A DNA stretch of 64,000 nucleotides from Octopus vulgaris (lineage: Eukaryota). Position numbers and translations under genes: made by a program. Below, piece by piece: positions 25,915-41,831 of the stretch; positions within the stretch are counted from its first letter, which is position 1; every line of letters starts with the position of its first letter. The DNA lies in NCBI GenBank assembly GCA_951406725.2, contig OX597820.1:42470001-42534000 (forward strand), read 5' to 3'. The notes below the pieces were generated by a model. That model was not told the DNA's origin. It ran no database searches and saw only the letters and a program-made list of their open reading frames with translations.

Positions 25915-26704
25915 TTACTAATATTTTTCCTTATGTTTTTTGGCTTATTTGTTTCACTGCCTATTCGCGTATATGCAGTTCTCTGTAATAAAAATGTTAT
26001 CACTTATTTAACTATGTGTAAATATGCGTGTGCATTAAGAATCTTACAAGACTAATTTTGACATGTGTCCCAGCATTTTGAATATGTGAGAGGCTTTGTA
26101 TAACACATGGAAACGTGTGTTCGTGGAATGGTATAAAATAAATGCTAGTGTATGTGTAGAGTCAAGAGGCGTGTGTGATTTAATTATTCCTCAGAACATT
26201 CCAACAAGGAACTACACGATGAAATTTCAGTAGTTTTGTAAAATGTGTTCATATTTTTGTATCTGTTTACACATCTTTCCATTTTATCTATAAGTCTACA
26301 TATCTATTTATATACATCCATGTATAAGCCTATGTGTTCTGTCTAGACAAGTATTTTGACCCTTGTTTTATCTCTAACTCTGTTTCTCCCTCGCTCTCCC
26401 TCTCTCTCCCTCTCTCTCTTTCTCTCTCCCTCTCTCTACCTCATTTGCTAATCACTTTTTATCCTGCCCTTTGTCGTTCTTTTCATATACATACCAAAAT
26501 ACGCCCTCACACAATGTGTGTGTGTGAGAGGCTCTACTGTTTTCGGTATATTAGATGTGTACATACGATCATAAAGACAGATAGACAGCACATTTATACA
26601 CATAACGCATATATTCACATACACAAAAACATACAGGTTGCATATTTCTTTAATCTCTCTCCCCTTCGACACTGGTCTATCTTTCTTTCTATTCCTCTAT
26701 CTAC

Positions 26705-26812
<108 letters not shown>

Positions 26813-27196
26813 TTATCTATCTATCTATGTAGCTATCTATCTATCGAAATATATAACTTTCTGTCTATCTAGCTACTTAGCTGTCTGCTATCTGTCTACC
26901 AATCTGTCCATCTATGCTTATACTTACACGTACACATACATATATACATATATACATGCATGCATACATACATGCATACATGCATAAATACATACATACA
27001 TACATACATACATACATACATAAATACATACATACATATATATATGTGTGTGTGTGTGTATGTAAATATATATATATGTATGTATATTTATATAGATGTA
27101 TATATGTATGTATATATCAGCATGCATTTATTTACACGCATACATACAAAACCACACACACAGAAACACACATAGACACACACAAATACGTGTGCA

Positions 27197-27232
<36 letters not shown>

Positions 27233-27844
27233 TATACAAGTCTACGTACATATTTCCATCTACACATGTACACATAAATATATATATATATCTATATACG
27301 TCTATATATCTGTCTATCTATCAACCCATACTATCTCCCATCCCGGCAACAACAACATCCCGGTTAGGAAAAGCTTGAAAACACGCCGAAGACAATCGTT
27401 TGCTGTCAGATCTGATTGGCAGTATTCGGACAAGCTGACTGTTTGAGAGCCCACTTGCTTCTAATGGTTTCTGTCAGGACTAATCACCAACAACTACCAT
27501 CCATTTGCCTTTACTACTCTCTTGTTCTCAGAACTGCAATATTTTGTCAGAATATTTAAAACGCACCTTCTGAACATTTGTTTATTTTCTTGTTTCCATT
27601 TTTGCTGTTATTCTTTTTCTCGTGCTCTTTCAAGACTCTAAACATTCTATGGCTCAAACCACATTTCTCTTATTCTTTCCTTCTCTTCCTTTTCCATCTA
27701 TCTGTTTGTCTGTGTGTGCGTACACACACACACACACACACACACACGTACACACACAAACACTCATATAGATATATATAACCATATGAATTTGTACACA
27801 TGCATGTATATATGTGTGTGTGTAAGCGGTTGTGTGTTTACGTG

Positions 27845-27875
<31 letters not shown>

Positions 27876-28061
27876 ACATAGATACATAGATAGATAGATA
27901 GATAGATAGATAGATGTAGATATATGTATAAGTATGTACATATACGCACACATCTACGCTTATATATATGCATGCCTATATGGGGAGAGAGAGACAAAGA
28001 ATGAAAGAAAGAAAGAAGTGATTGTACATAATTTATATACACATAAGAAACATTTTATATG

Positions 28062-28109
<48 letters not shown>

Positions 28110-29181
28110 TCGTGCATTTATATATGTGTGTATGTATATATATATATACTTATATATATTTAGAGGGAGAGAGAGAGATACATAATATAGATATTATATA
28201 TGCATATCATATATATAATATTTTGACGCATATTAGCACATGTATGTGTGAGTGTGTGTATGTGTGTGTGTATGTGTGTTGAGAATATACATATACATAT
28301 ACATATGTGTGTATGTATTCTCACACTTGTCTACATATACACTCTTACACACTCCTCAGATGCAAAGTCATGTAAACCATTTCAAATCAACACATCAATA
28401 CCATCAACTATCATAATATGTTTAATTTTATTAAAACTCATAGTTTTTTTCTTTACTTTTCCGTTTGCTTATATTTATAAATCTCTTTGTGTCTCTGTAC
28501 CTCTTTTCCCGTTCTCTACACTTCATTATGTCTTTAAGTTATTAGATTTTTTTTTTGTTCTGGTTCACCCAATCCCCATTCAACTACTTATACGCCCCAT
28601 ATACGTATAATATTTTAAATATACGCATGTATGAATGCGTGCGAATATGCGCGAGTTAGTGTGTGTTTCTGTGTGTGTTTGTGTGTGTGTCTGTAAACGT
28701 GTTTGTATAAGTGCGAGCGCACGCACACATCTTTGAAGCATCAAACATGTATAATGAATACATTTAAATGTATATACGTATGCATACATATGAATATATA
28801 GTGATATACATACACTTATACAAATGTGGATTAATATTAGGACGTAGTAATGACATATCTTCTCTTCATATATATATATATATATATACACACTCACACA
28901 TATATATATATATATATGTATGTATATACACACATATATATATATATACATATATATACATATATATATACATATATATATACACATTTGATTGTTTGTG
29001 TGTGTATGTGTGTATTTGTGTGCGTGTATGTGTGTGTGTGAGTGTGTGTGGTGATTGCTAGTTCTTTGCAGGAAAAGAACACCTTTTCTATTGAGGACTA
29101 GCAAGTCCGGTTTTGGACTAACTAACCCAACTACAGATGCAATAAACGTATCTGTGGGTATCTTTCCCTCGACCTACATAG

Positions 29182-29240
<59 letters not shown>

Positions 29241-29243
<3 letters not shown>

Positions 29244-29441
29244 ACCTCGTGTGTACCGTTGGCGATTTTTTCCCTCCGTCTTCCCTTCTCTGGATCTTTC
29301 CTTGTGCTATGTTTCTGACGAAGAGCTCCGCTCGAAACGTAAAACTCTCCTTCTTCCCTTCCTTCCTGAGCGTCCAATAATACTATATTTGTTCCACGTC
29401 CTCGCATTGTGTTTTCTCTTTGTGTTATCATGTTTGGTTTA

Positions 29442-29443
<2 letters not shown>
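29241..29443 (+). mobile_element. Penelope-like pseudo-LTR / retrozyme-like module in a (TA)n array
   Basis: A ~200 bp unique insert between two pure (TA)n tracts, containing an intact minimal hammerhead. Confidence 0.7.
29311..29345 (+). ncRNA. Minimal type I hammerhead ribozyme, intact core
   Basis: GTTT (stem I) - CTGACGA - A - GAGC-TCC-GCTC (stem II) - GAAA - CG - TA - AAAC (stem I'); palindromic ACGT stem III; predicted cleavage after GTA (29341). Confidence 0.82.
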
Positions 29444-29490
<47 letters not shown>

Positions 29491-30261
29491 AGAGAAAGAG
29501 AGAGAGCGAGAGCGAAAGACAGCAGACAGACAGTTCATATAGTTATGTTGAACTTTAGGCATTAAGGGAAGAGGGTGAAATATATGGTGATGTAACGTGT
29601 AACAGATACAAGAGAGAAAAGAAACAAGTATGCTGAGACAGCAGAATTAAATTCATGTGAATACATTGTTAGGGAAGTTGGAAACAAAGAAGGAGAGGAA
29701 GAGGGAAGGGAGAAGATATGAAGGGAGTGAAATGGGAGACGGGAGAAAAAGACGTTGAAAAGAGGAAAGAAGCCCGAATGGGATCAAAATCTCGAGTGGA
29801 GGAGAAACTGGTCGCTGAGAAACATACGTTAATAATGGACAAAATAGTGGCACGGAGTTGCAATGAAGTAGAAAGAAAATTGATACATATGTCAGCCTTT
29901 GCAAAATATATTCGAAGTTCTTAATTTTTTTGTAATTTGGGACAGCAGGAAACAAAATGCTCTCCCTCTTTCCTTAACGTCTAAAGTTCAACATTGCTCT
30001 AAGAACAATCGTCCCCGGCATTTTCTGTTTGCTTTCTCTCAAACTTTAGTAAACCACTGACGAGAAGGAATGGCTTGCGTATCTATCTTGTTCTGTGAGT
30101 TTTAGTAGTTGTCTGTACCTAATTTTCTTCACACACAGACACGGACGCGCGCGCACACACATACAGATACAGTGTCTTCTCAATGATATGTGGCTTGTTA
30201 TATTGATAACAATATTTTGGGAAGCATAAATGGTAGGAATATACAAAAGATATACAAATTT

Positions 30262-30405
30262 GCAGGAGTGGCTGTGTGGCAAGGGTTCGGTCCCACTGCG
30301 TGGCACCATGGGCAAGTGTCTTCTACTATAGCCTCGGGCCGACCAAAGACTTCTGAGTGAATTTGGTAGACGGAAACTGAAAAGAAGCCAGTCCTATATA
30401 TTTAC

Positions 30406-30437
<32 letters not shown>

Positions 30438-30655
30438 TTGTCTGACTGTGTTTGTCCCCCCAACATCGCTTGACAACCGATGCTGGTGTGTTTACGTCAC
30501 CGTAACTTAGCGGTTCGGCAAAAATAGACCGATAGAATAAGTACTAGGCTTACAAAGAATAAGACCTGGGGTCGATTTGCTCGACTAAAAGGCGGTGCTC
30601 CAGCATAGCCGCAATCACATGATTGAAACAAGTAAAAGAGTAAAAGAGAGAGAGT
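30262..30655 (+). mobile_element. SINE family A with a deletion in the head
   Basis: GCAGGAGTGGCTGTGTGGCAAG joined directly to GGTTCGGTCCC; the remainder is near-identical to 16195. Confidence 0.92.
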
Positions 30656-31276
30656 ATATAAACTTCTGTTATATGTTTTTTTCAATTAGCGGTAGCGGAA
30701 TTGGTAGGGGTACATATTTTGATGTTTTGTACAGAAAAGTGCCTATGAGACAACATGCTAGCTGTTGTTGTTACGAGTTACTTAACCGATAATTTATGGA
30801 ATCGAATTTAATTCTGGCTGTGAAATATAAGTCAATTTCTTTTTTACAGATGACCTTTGCTAATACTCAATATCATACAGAGAAAACAGCATATCAACAG
30901 GGCATCACTTAAATGTGGTTCGATTGTAATAAATTGTACCACATCATGGTATCTATTCGTGAATATGGGATGTAAAGTTAGAAGCACACGAATGTTACTC
31001 TTATAGACAAAGTACAAAACGTGAACACGAATCGATTGCCTTTCTGTTGTTAGGCCAACGACTTACCGACTTACTATCTTGATAAAATGCTATTTTGTAT
31101 ATAGCAAAAGCTTATTCAACTTAGGTTCTGTTTATGAATGTTGTTGATTTAAATGTTTCACCTTATTTGGCCCACTTAAGCTAACTACACACACAAGGAG
31201 ACAAGCCAGAAGCAATTACTCAATTTCACTGCATATTTTTGTTGATATCATTTATATAAGTCACACAGCAAGTGAG

Positions 31277-31345
<69 letters not shown>

Positions 31346-32681
31346 ATGCATACATACGCATATATACACAAATAGACACGGGAAGGGGAAAACAGAAAAT
31401 GGTCGAGAGAGAAAGAAAGGAATTAAAGAACTTTGTGCTGAATCCATTCACTGTACAACGATTCCTACAACCTACCTATTTATTATCAAAATCAGCCAGA
31501 ACATAATCAGTTAAACTGTCGGTCAATAACTCAATTTGACCTCTAACCGGAAAGCTAACGTTTAATGTGCGATATTAGTGGTGCTGCAGGGCAGAAATAG
31601 TAATAACAAACAGCCATTTAATGAACATATTAAAGATGTGATGGTGAAGAAAATCTGCAATATTTGTGATGAAAGGGAAAAGTTGCTGAGTGAACAGAAA
31701 ATAGAACTGTAACGTAGGGTAACGGTTATATTAAATACATATATGGAGGTACTAAGGCACACACAGATACATACACAAGTGAGGAGACTCGTAATGTCCA
31801 ACATTATTTTATTGACTCTTGGGCTGCATATCTATCTAGGGATTGACCTGACATCGTAGCTTGCACTGGTAATTTTACCTCTCGTGCGTGGTGCTTCATT
31901 TTGTTGTTGACCCCGGTCAGTTTTGATAAAACGCGCCGGTGAATAAAGACATTGTAACTGTTTCTAACATGAAGAATTATCCAGACACAGTATATCGAAG
32001 ACTATATTTTTCAAGGTCACCCTCTTAATTTGAAACCAAATAAATAAATAAACAAAATTATGACATAAACTGAGACAGATGTTTGGCATTTTTATCTAGC
32101 AGGTCAAATAACCACGTAGAGGTAAATGTTCCTCCGCATGTGCAATAACTTAGCAGCATTTCTAGTCGTAAATATAGTGAAATGGCCACCGCTACATAAG
32201 GAAACCCGGTCGCAGTATCGGTTTGCCGGAAGCATGCTTTTTCTCTGTAGCATTCTCCAGTGTGTAAGTATAAATTAACAGTTCATAATACTTGCATATC
32301 ACACAGTCTTGATAAGTCTTCTAATAATTTGTAGAAAACAGTAATTGGATTATAAAATATTCCAATATTTCATTCGATGTTTGTTCTAGAACTTAATGAA
32401 TTTGGTTAACACATGAAAGGTTTCACTCTTAAAACTACCATTTTGCTTTAAGCAATCTTATTGGAAAGTAGGAAAATAGAATTAAAAAGAAATTCCCATA
32501 GATTATATTCAATCATATCAAATCGAGCTTCCCCGTTTATACGTATGCTTTATACACACAAGAACACACAGAAAAATACTCACACGCATATACGCATATT
32601 TACGTATACATACACATATATATAATTCCCAAGTATATATATATGTATATGTATATATACAGACACATATACATACATACA

Positions 32682-32717
<36 letters not shown>

Positions 32718-32849
32718 CATACATACATATGCATATATGTATATATATATTTATTTATATATACTACACATATATACGTAACCAGATTCAAAAAGTGATT
32801 TTTTTTTTCATTTTGAAAAACGAACCATGATACGCACACAGACACACAG

Positions 32850-32922
<73 letters not shown>

Positions 32923-33471
32923 AATCAAAAATATATAAACAAACGACATACGTATACAGAATTTAAAAAAACAAACGAAAGACAAGAGAGAGAGAGAGAA
33001 AGAGAAAGAGACAGAGTGAGAGACAGAGAGAGAAAGGGAGATATACATGTATCTATGTATTCATATATAATTTATATATATATATATGTAGATATATATA
33101 TAGATTATATATGAATATATATATATGTACATATATGTAGATTACATATGAATATATGTATATATGAATGTGTGTGTATGTGTGTGTGTGTCTGTGTGTG
33201 TAGTGTTTGCACTTCTGCACACTTGACATAATATATCTATATTTGAATGCCTGTGTTCATATTTATGCTAATGTGTTTACGTATGCAAGTGATCATATGC
33301 GTGTGATCGTGTGAGATAGCTGGTGTTCGGGGATGTATGTATTTATGAATGAGTATATATGTTTTATTCTATGATCGAATGCGCATATATCAGTTCTGCG
33401 ACGTCTTTTCGATCGTTAAAAAAAATTCAGATAAGGACTCAAGAAATTCCAGAACATATTACTGAAATTAA

Positions 33472-33472
<1 letters not shown>

Positions 33473-33558
<86 letters not shown>

Positions 33559-33621
33559 TAAATAATAATAATAACAATAACAACAACAACAACAACAACA
33601 AAAACGACAATAATAATAATG

Positions 33622-33670
<49 letters not shown>
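33473..33670. repeat. (AAT)n/(AAC)n array
   Basis: Directly visible. Confidence 0.97.
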
Positions 33671-33674
<4 letters not shown>

Positions 33675-34690
33675 TTACACTTCCTGCGGAATATTGATAA
33701 TAACTCATAATATATTTATATTGGATTATATATATCGACTTCAGAAATTAAAATGTACCTGCAAGGAACTTCTTAAGGTTGAAAAAAAATTATCCGATAA
33801 AACTCTACGTTCTTAACTCCCTTAGTCTTTTTTTAGAAGCAATACATACGTGCACACAGCGCATACACACACATATACACACACCTGTATGTATGTATAT
33901 ATATATATATAATCTAACACTTTTACCTTCGTACATTTTTTCTTAACATTAATTCTCTAAAACACAAAATTTATCTCTCTCTCTCTTTCTCTCTCTCTCA
34001 CTCCTTCTCTCACTCTCTCTTTCTCTCTCCCACTTTCTCTTTCTCTCTCACCTCTCCTCTCTCTCACCTCTCCTCTCTCTCACTGTCCCCCTCCTGTTTT
34101 CTCAGTTTCTATTTTTTCTCTCTTCTAAGTTCTTTGCACACATATTTTCTCACTTATAACTATACATTTCATTCTTCCGAAATAAACAACAAACTCTCTG
34201 TCAACTTTTATACATACAAACACACATTTATATGTGTAAGGATATACCTATATTCTTTTTCTCTCCAGCAATCTTTCGCACGTCAACACCTAATCCTTCC
34301 CTTTATTTCTCTCACCGAGTCTTTTACGTACTTGTAACTCACCATAACTCTTACTCTCTCCTCTTCTTTCGTATACATTTTAACTAAGTCTCTCGGGTTT
34401 CCTTCGACACGCTTTGTTGTACCTATTAACTCATACTTTCTTATTCAGCAGTACAAAAACAAGGGAAGTCTTGCAACTTTTCATTGGCTTTCGTACTTTC
34501 CCACGTATTTCTAGCTTCCACTTTACTCTGCTAAATCATTTTCTTCCCTGCATTCTTCTTCACACATTTTACACTCTTTCCATCGAGTTCTAAAATTTAT
34601 TTACTATCACATATCTACGTAATTACTCTCACCGTAACATTTACGCTCCCTCAATCACATTCTTACGCCTTACTCTCATTCTGTTATACA

Positions 34691-34870
34691 GGCGTAGGTG
34701 TAGGAGTGGCTGTGTGGTAAGTAGCTTGCTTACCAACCACATGGTTCCGGGTTCAGTTCCACTGCGTGGCACCTTGGGCAAGTGTCTCCTACTATAATCT
34801 CGGGCCGACCAATGCCTTGTGAGTGGATTTAATAGACGGAAACTGAAAAGAAGCCCGTCGTATATATGTA

Positions 34871-34931
<61 letters not shown>

Positions 34932-35128
34932 TGTGTGTATAGGTTTGCGTGTCTCTGTTTGTTCCCCCAACATCGCTTGACAACCGATGCTGGTGTGTTT
35001 ACGCAAAGGAGACCGATAGAGTAAGTACTAGGCTTACAAATAATAAGTCCTGGGGTCGATTTGCTCGACTAAAGGCGGTGCTCCAGCATGGCCACAGTCA
35101 AATGATTGAAACAAGTGAAAAAAAAAAG
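34691..35128 (+). mobile_element. SINE family A
   Basis: Homologous to 16195-16615 with a short deletion in the 3' module. Confidence 0.92.
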
Positions 35129-35519
35129 ACAGTCACACATATCACATTTTTACTTTGCCTGACTGACGCGCTTACCACACTCATACGTACTTTCACTTTT
35201 ACTCTTAAGATTTCATACTTACACTCGTATAAATCACCCTCGCATTTATACGTCCTCTCGTTTACACCACACTGTCACACCTATTTCCAGAATGACAATA
35301 TTTTACATTTCACCCCCATTATATTTTACTCTTCCGACTCCAAGTCTCCATGTGAAATCGCATTCGAATCTTTCCGCTTATGCTTTGACTCATATCTTCC
35401 CACGGAGATTCGCGATTCGCTTGTTCTCACTCTCACACGCACACTTAACATTTCATGTTACGTTTGAGAGACTACCATGCCCTTTTGTTATGTATGTATG
35501 TATGTATGCATGTATGTAT

Positions 35520-36172
<653 letters not shown>

Positions 36173-39100
36173 ATTCATAGATACATACATACATACATAC
36201 ATACACACGTACATGCATAATATATATACATGTATATACCGACATGTATCCATACATATAGGTAACAGCATTTATACAGTTTTCTTCTGCTTGCATTCTA
36301 TCTTCATGACACATTTAAATCCATGCGATAAGTTTATTGTGTTTTGAAATCTAGTAAGGTTTCCTATTAGTAGAAAGTTTGCAAGATTTGTAAATTCATG
36401 AAAATACGTGTTGCAATTGTGCGCACGGTTAAAGATAAAAAATATATTTCTATACTAAATACTCGAAGTTAGTCAGTTTATCAGATAACCAAGTGTAACA
36501 CCTAATCAGACATCACTTTCTTCTCTGAAAAATATATGTAGAACCATTAGAAGCATAACTTCAATATTCAGAGCTATATATTGGTGAACGATTATAATAA
36601 AATTAATTCTCGATAGGATGTAATATATACTCTCATTTGGTATTTTAATTTGAGATTCCCTAGTTTTAAAGCGAATATTAGTTAAATTATCTCCTCCACT
36701 AAAAGCATCCAGCACTTTAACAAATGTGCTCATGAAACCAGTTATAAAGTTTGAAATTCGCAATGAAACAAAGAGAATAGCTAAAGGTATAGCTGTCTTG
36801 ATACAGTCGAGAAGCCGACTTCCCTCCTTGTGCTTTGCTGTCGTCCCATGGGAATCGTATCTAATTTCGAAGAATTACCCAACTATTCATTCTAAATTAA
36901 AATTTATGTTAATGGCTTCAAGATCGTTTAAAACGAGATATTATATTTGATCTTAGTTTTGCCCCCGGTACTGTTCACATGCACGAAATTTTCACGTCTA
37001 ATCTGTTTTTCTCTGATTAATCATGATTGCGAGTTCACCAGGTAAAAATATTTTTGTCCCAGTCGAAGCAGTACAACCCGACTATACTATTACTATCAAC
37101 CTACACAAATTTGAATCAATATAACACGCCAACAGTACTGAACGGTTTTCTACACAAGCACTATTTGAAGTGCAGACAGTGTCCCCAGTTTCAATTCAAT
37201 GGGGGAAATCTGAGTAACAGGGCCATCAAAATTTTGGTTGCCTTCTTGCTACTTACTCCCCAAAGAACAATACACGAATCCGTCGTCCAATATCATTCGT
37301 TTGCGATTTCAACCCCACACTGCAAGCAAATTTCACAACAAATACTATCAAATTTCTAGACGAATCCGTCTCTCTAATTATCTACTATATTCCGAAAAGG
37401 AGCTGTTTACTGATATATGTTTCGGTTATTACCTCAGTACTCTATATATTTCCCGAACTCTCTCCATAGACAACTAAATTTTTAGACTTCTTTTCTCTCA
37501 ACATTTTGTCTTTAAAACAGTTGTACAAAATTATGTTTCTAGACATAATTTTCCTTACTGTCAGCACAGTTCTAACAAAATCTTTACTGAACTTCTCTCT
37601 GTTAGCTCAATCTATTTCTCCCCTTTATCCCCTCAGTTTATTTGTGTGTTCATCTGTGTTGATATTTATATGTAATTATTCATCGTTCTCTTTGCTCTGC
37701 TCTCTCCTCTCTCACCTGGCCTAGCAGTCTTCACTTCCTCCCAGTTTCTAAGGATTTTGCTCTTGCTACAAATTTTAATCACTTCCCACTAACATATTAC
37801 TACCTTCCATAGTATTCGCTCATTCTGTCACTATTATTTCCCACTCTATCTAATCTCCGATTTCGTACCACTCTATTCCTTCTCCAAATTTCTCATCCAA
37901 AATTTTGCGACCCTCTTGATGACGTTTCTGCATTTTTTTGTTTTTGAAAAACAACTTTGCCCAAAACGTTACAAGTTTGTCGCATGAAACCAAACAAATC
38001 ACAATTTGCATTTTCCTTTTTTTTCTCTTGAATAGATGAAAACCTATAGAAAAGAAATAGGTTCGTTCCCCAACATTACAATGAGCAACCATATTGAAAG
38101 ACAAAGAGTATAAATGATTATCTCTTACTTGACTATTAGACTTCTAAGTTCGAAATTATCAATGCAAATTTTGAAATTTGGTTTCGATAATGAATACGAG
38201 CCAATATTACATACAGGAAATTAACCGCTATTTCCAGCAGATCAGTTGACAATAAGAAACAATTCCTTAGATGTTCGAAATAGTGGAAGATGGATACAGT
38301 ATTTCATTACTTTAGTGTTCTGTCGCTCCTTGTTCTTTGTTGTTCGAAGTGGCAAGCTATTTGTTTGAACATAGGTTTTCGTTTCACTGGATCTTTAAAA
38401 TCAGCAACAGTTAACCAATATCGGAAAGATTCACAGAATATATTGAATTTACCCCGAGGTTCAATTTTACCAAGTGGGAAAAAACTCCCAATTCTTGATT
38501 TTGTATACTTATTCCAATTAATATTTAAAAAATCAAAAGTTGAGAAGAAAACTGATGTACACCTGCTCTGGAGTTGGTTTCCTGTTGTTGGGAGGCGTTT
38601 CATGAAGTGAGATAAAAGAGTGTTGACCAGTGGAAGAGTGGATTCTACTAAAGATACCCGGGCTTCCGGGTGTTGGAGTTGGAATATTTCAATTTTTATC
38701 CTGATATTCAGTAATCGTTTTAAAGTTGTAACAGTTACTGCGGAATACCTACTTTGCCTCACTGAAAATAGCTTCAAATCGGAGGTCAATATACATACGT
38801 AATCGTCGGCTAGTAATCAAAAACATTGACCAACCTATTTTTCGTGTTATATATTACTGCATAGAGAGATGACTAACTACGTTCAGATTTGCTTAGTCCA
38901 GCCTAAGTTATTTACAGCCATATCACCGTAGAAGCTTCACGTCTGGGCTCCATTAGCAGTTAAATCTACATAATAACGAAAAAAAAATGCTCATCTTGAA
39001 TGAAAACTCCATAGTTTTAAATCTCAGGTTTGATATATTCGGTACTTGTAAAAAAATCTTTAACAACATATAAACACTATTGACACTTGATATCGATTTT

Positions 39101-40083
39101 GATTTTAGCTGGATAAAAAACAGCATTAACTATCTTTATTAGCTGATTTGATTCTCTTTTTCAAGAATATTGTCACTTCCGGCTATTTTGCTATTCCAAC
39201 CAAACAACAACCATTTTGCATTAATTCGTGCCGTTAGAAGATAAACGTTCTATTGAACCAGGGTAAATGTCTTTTCACGCTAAATCAAGGATTTATTAAT
39301 GCAAATTCCCTTTACTTTGCGCAGATTCGCTTTCCTTTATGCTGGGTCATTACACATTCACTTCAAGCCCATTTTAATTCATTTTAAATTCACCATTTTA
39401 ATCCATCTTGTTTACAATCTATTCTTAATCCCCTGATTAAGAATCGATTGGAATGAAATTATTTGCCTTATTAATTTTTGAAAATTCTATGTCTTTATAA
39501 AAAATTTTTATCATTATATTTCTATTTTTTACGAATAGCCATTTGTAAAAATCTATAATTATTTATCTCATATATTTTATTACTTACCTTTTCTACAGCT
39601 CATAAACATATGCTTTAACATCTATATATGCTCAAAAACTATCATCAGGCATTTCTGTTTTCTTTATCCATCACCATTTCAGCTCAGTTCTTTGTTCCAT
39701 GGCGTTAATCATATTATTCATCCCTGTTTTGTTAATATGCATTATCATCCTTAGATTCCAACGGGTATAATTATTTCTTCAGTGTGCAAATGTGCGCACA
39801 GAAATGCATGTACATAGATGTATGCGTGTCAAAAATGTGCAAGAAATTGTACGCGCACGTGTGTTAATGTGTTTGTATGGAAACGGGTTAAAGAACAAGA
39901 GTGAGCAAAACATGATTGGTAAAGTTTTTATTTATTTCTTTATTGTATTTGCCCTCTAACAACAAGCCAAAAACGTAAAATACATCCACAAAGGCTCTGG
40001 CACGAAACGGCAGAATATAATGCTATTCCATCTACAATTAAGAAGTAGCAAAATATTTCAATTTTTTCAACATTTTATGGCGG

Positions 40084-40140
<57 letters not shown>

Positions 40141-40143
40141 TAA

Positions 40144-40198
<55 letters not shown>

Positions 40199-40507
40199 TA
40201 CACACACTTATACGCACGCAAAAACACAAACACACAAACACATATATATGCATACACAGCACATACGCGCGCGCACATACAAGCACATGCACACATTATT
40301 ATGATTCAAGGTGCAGCAGTGGCAGGAACGATTGGAGGCAGACGCAAATGTGGCCGTGTGGTTAGAAATCTGTTGCCCAACCGCATGGTTTACGTCTATG
40401 TCATACTGTATCATACATTGAGTAATTGGTCCAAATAAAACCTGGTGAGTGGACATGTTAGATGGAAACTAAATGATTCGCGTCATATACAAAGATATAT
40501 ATACATA

Positions 40508-41050
40508 CAGGGGTTGGACAAAATAATGGAAAAACCTTAAATTTCCAAGCAAATATATTTCAATATGGGGTAGAGCGGCCTTTGGCAGTAATAACAGCTT
40601 GAATTCTACGGAGTATGGACTCGTACTAAGTTTGAATTGTTTCCAAAGGGATTTTGTTCATTCTTCAGCTAAAACAGTCTCCAGTTATTGTAGTGATGAT
40701 GGTAGAAGATATCGACTTTTTACTTGCTTTGCTAAACTACACCATAAATGTTCAATAATATTGAGCTCTGGTGACTGTGGTGGGCAGAAAATATGTTCAA
40801 CTAGAATGTTCCTCGTGTCATTCAGTAACAACATTAGCTGTTTGAATTGGTGCATTATCATCCTGAAAGATTGCGTTACCCTCCGGAAACAGTTCCGAAA
40901 CCATAGGAGGAATTTGATCAGATAAAATGCTTAAATATTAATGCTGCCATAAAGGAAAACCATTGGGCCGGTGGATTTCCAAAATATAGCCACCTATCAC
41001 CAGATCATCGCAGATCTTCCGCCATGTTTAACAGTTGGAAGAAGACAGTA
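40508..41050 (-). mobile_element. Tc1-family DNA transposon remnant (one TIR plus catalytic domain)
   Basis: TA|CAGGGGTTGGACAAAATAATGGAAA terminus; minus strand HGGRSAMIW...IFQDDNAPIQTA...CPPQSPELNIIEHLW; stop and frameshift present. Confidence 0.88.
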
Positions 41051-41831
41051 TTATATGTATTTCTAGGTTTGCGTTTGGGCATCTGTCGTGTGTGAATAGA
41101 TAATTGAAAAAATTGGAGTCAACAAGAAGGGTACGGTTGGACATTTTTTTTTAATCACTACAACTGTTTGCACGCAACATAGTTCTCCAGATGTGCAGAC
41201 ACTTGATTAAGAAACTCTTTCCCTGCATTGAGATCTAGTTGTGTGTCCTCAGGTGATATGTAAATATTGTCTCTGTAAATTTAAAATCCTCGGCTTCAAG
41301 AACATTCTATCTCTCTGTCGTGGCCTTAATTTAGTAGTAGTCACAAAGCCTATCAGGGTATGTTGTTGGTGAAGGCCGTTGAAAACTGCTTTGAATGCGT
41401 AAATGTAGTGGGATGGTGATTCTCGTACTCTTAAAGTGGTTGCCATTTTAAAGAGATTGGTATTTTATTTCTTTGTACTGTTGATTTGTTCTTCATGGTT
41501 GGTTACACATATGATTCTCCTTAGCTGGCCTTTAAAATTCCTCACTCGAACACATACACGCATATATGCGCACGCGCACACACACATATATATACAATCA
41601 CATACATACACATATATAAAATCTACACACACATATACATATGGATATATACATACACACGCTCACATATACGGATATGTACGCGCACTAACGTACATAT
41701 AAGCACACCTACACTCGCTCGCATATATATACACAGATGCTCGCATGTTCATACAAAAACTTACACACATGTATACATATCTACTTACACACACACACAC
41801 GCACACTCACTCACACCATACATATAGATAT

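Noticed and set aside
27330-27510. Unique island with a reverse CCAAT box (CTGATTGG) as a promoter
   Set aside because: A single short motif with no downstream exon or other support.
36500-39400. Possible very old minus-strand LINE (including ORF 38307-38789)
   Set aside because: Only vague motif resemblance; needs a profile search.
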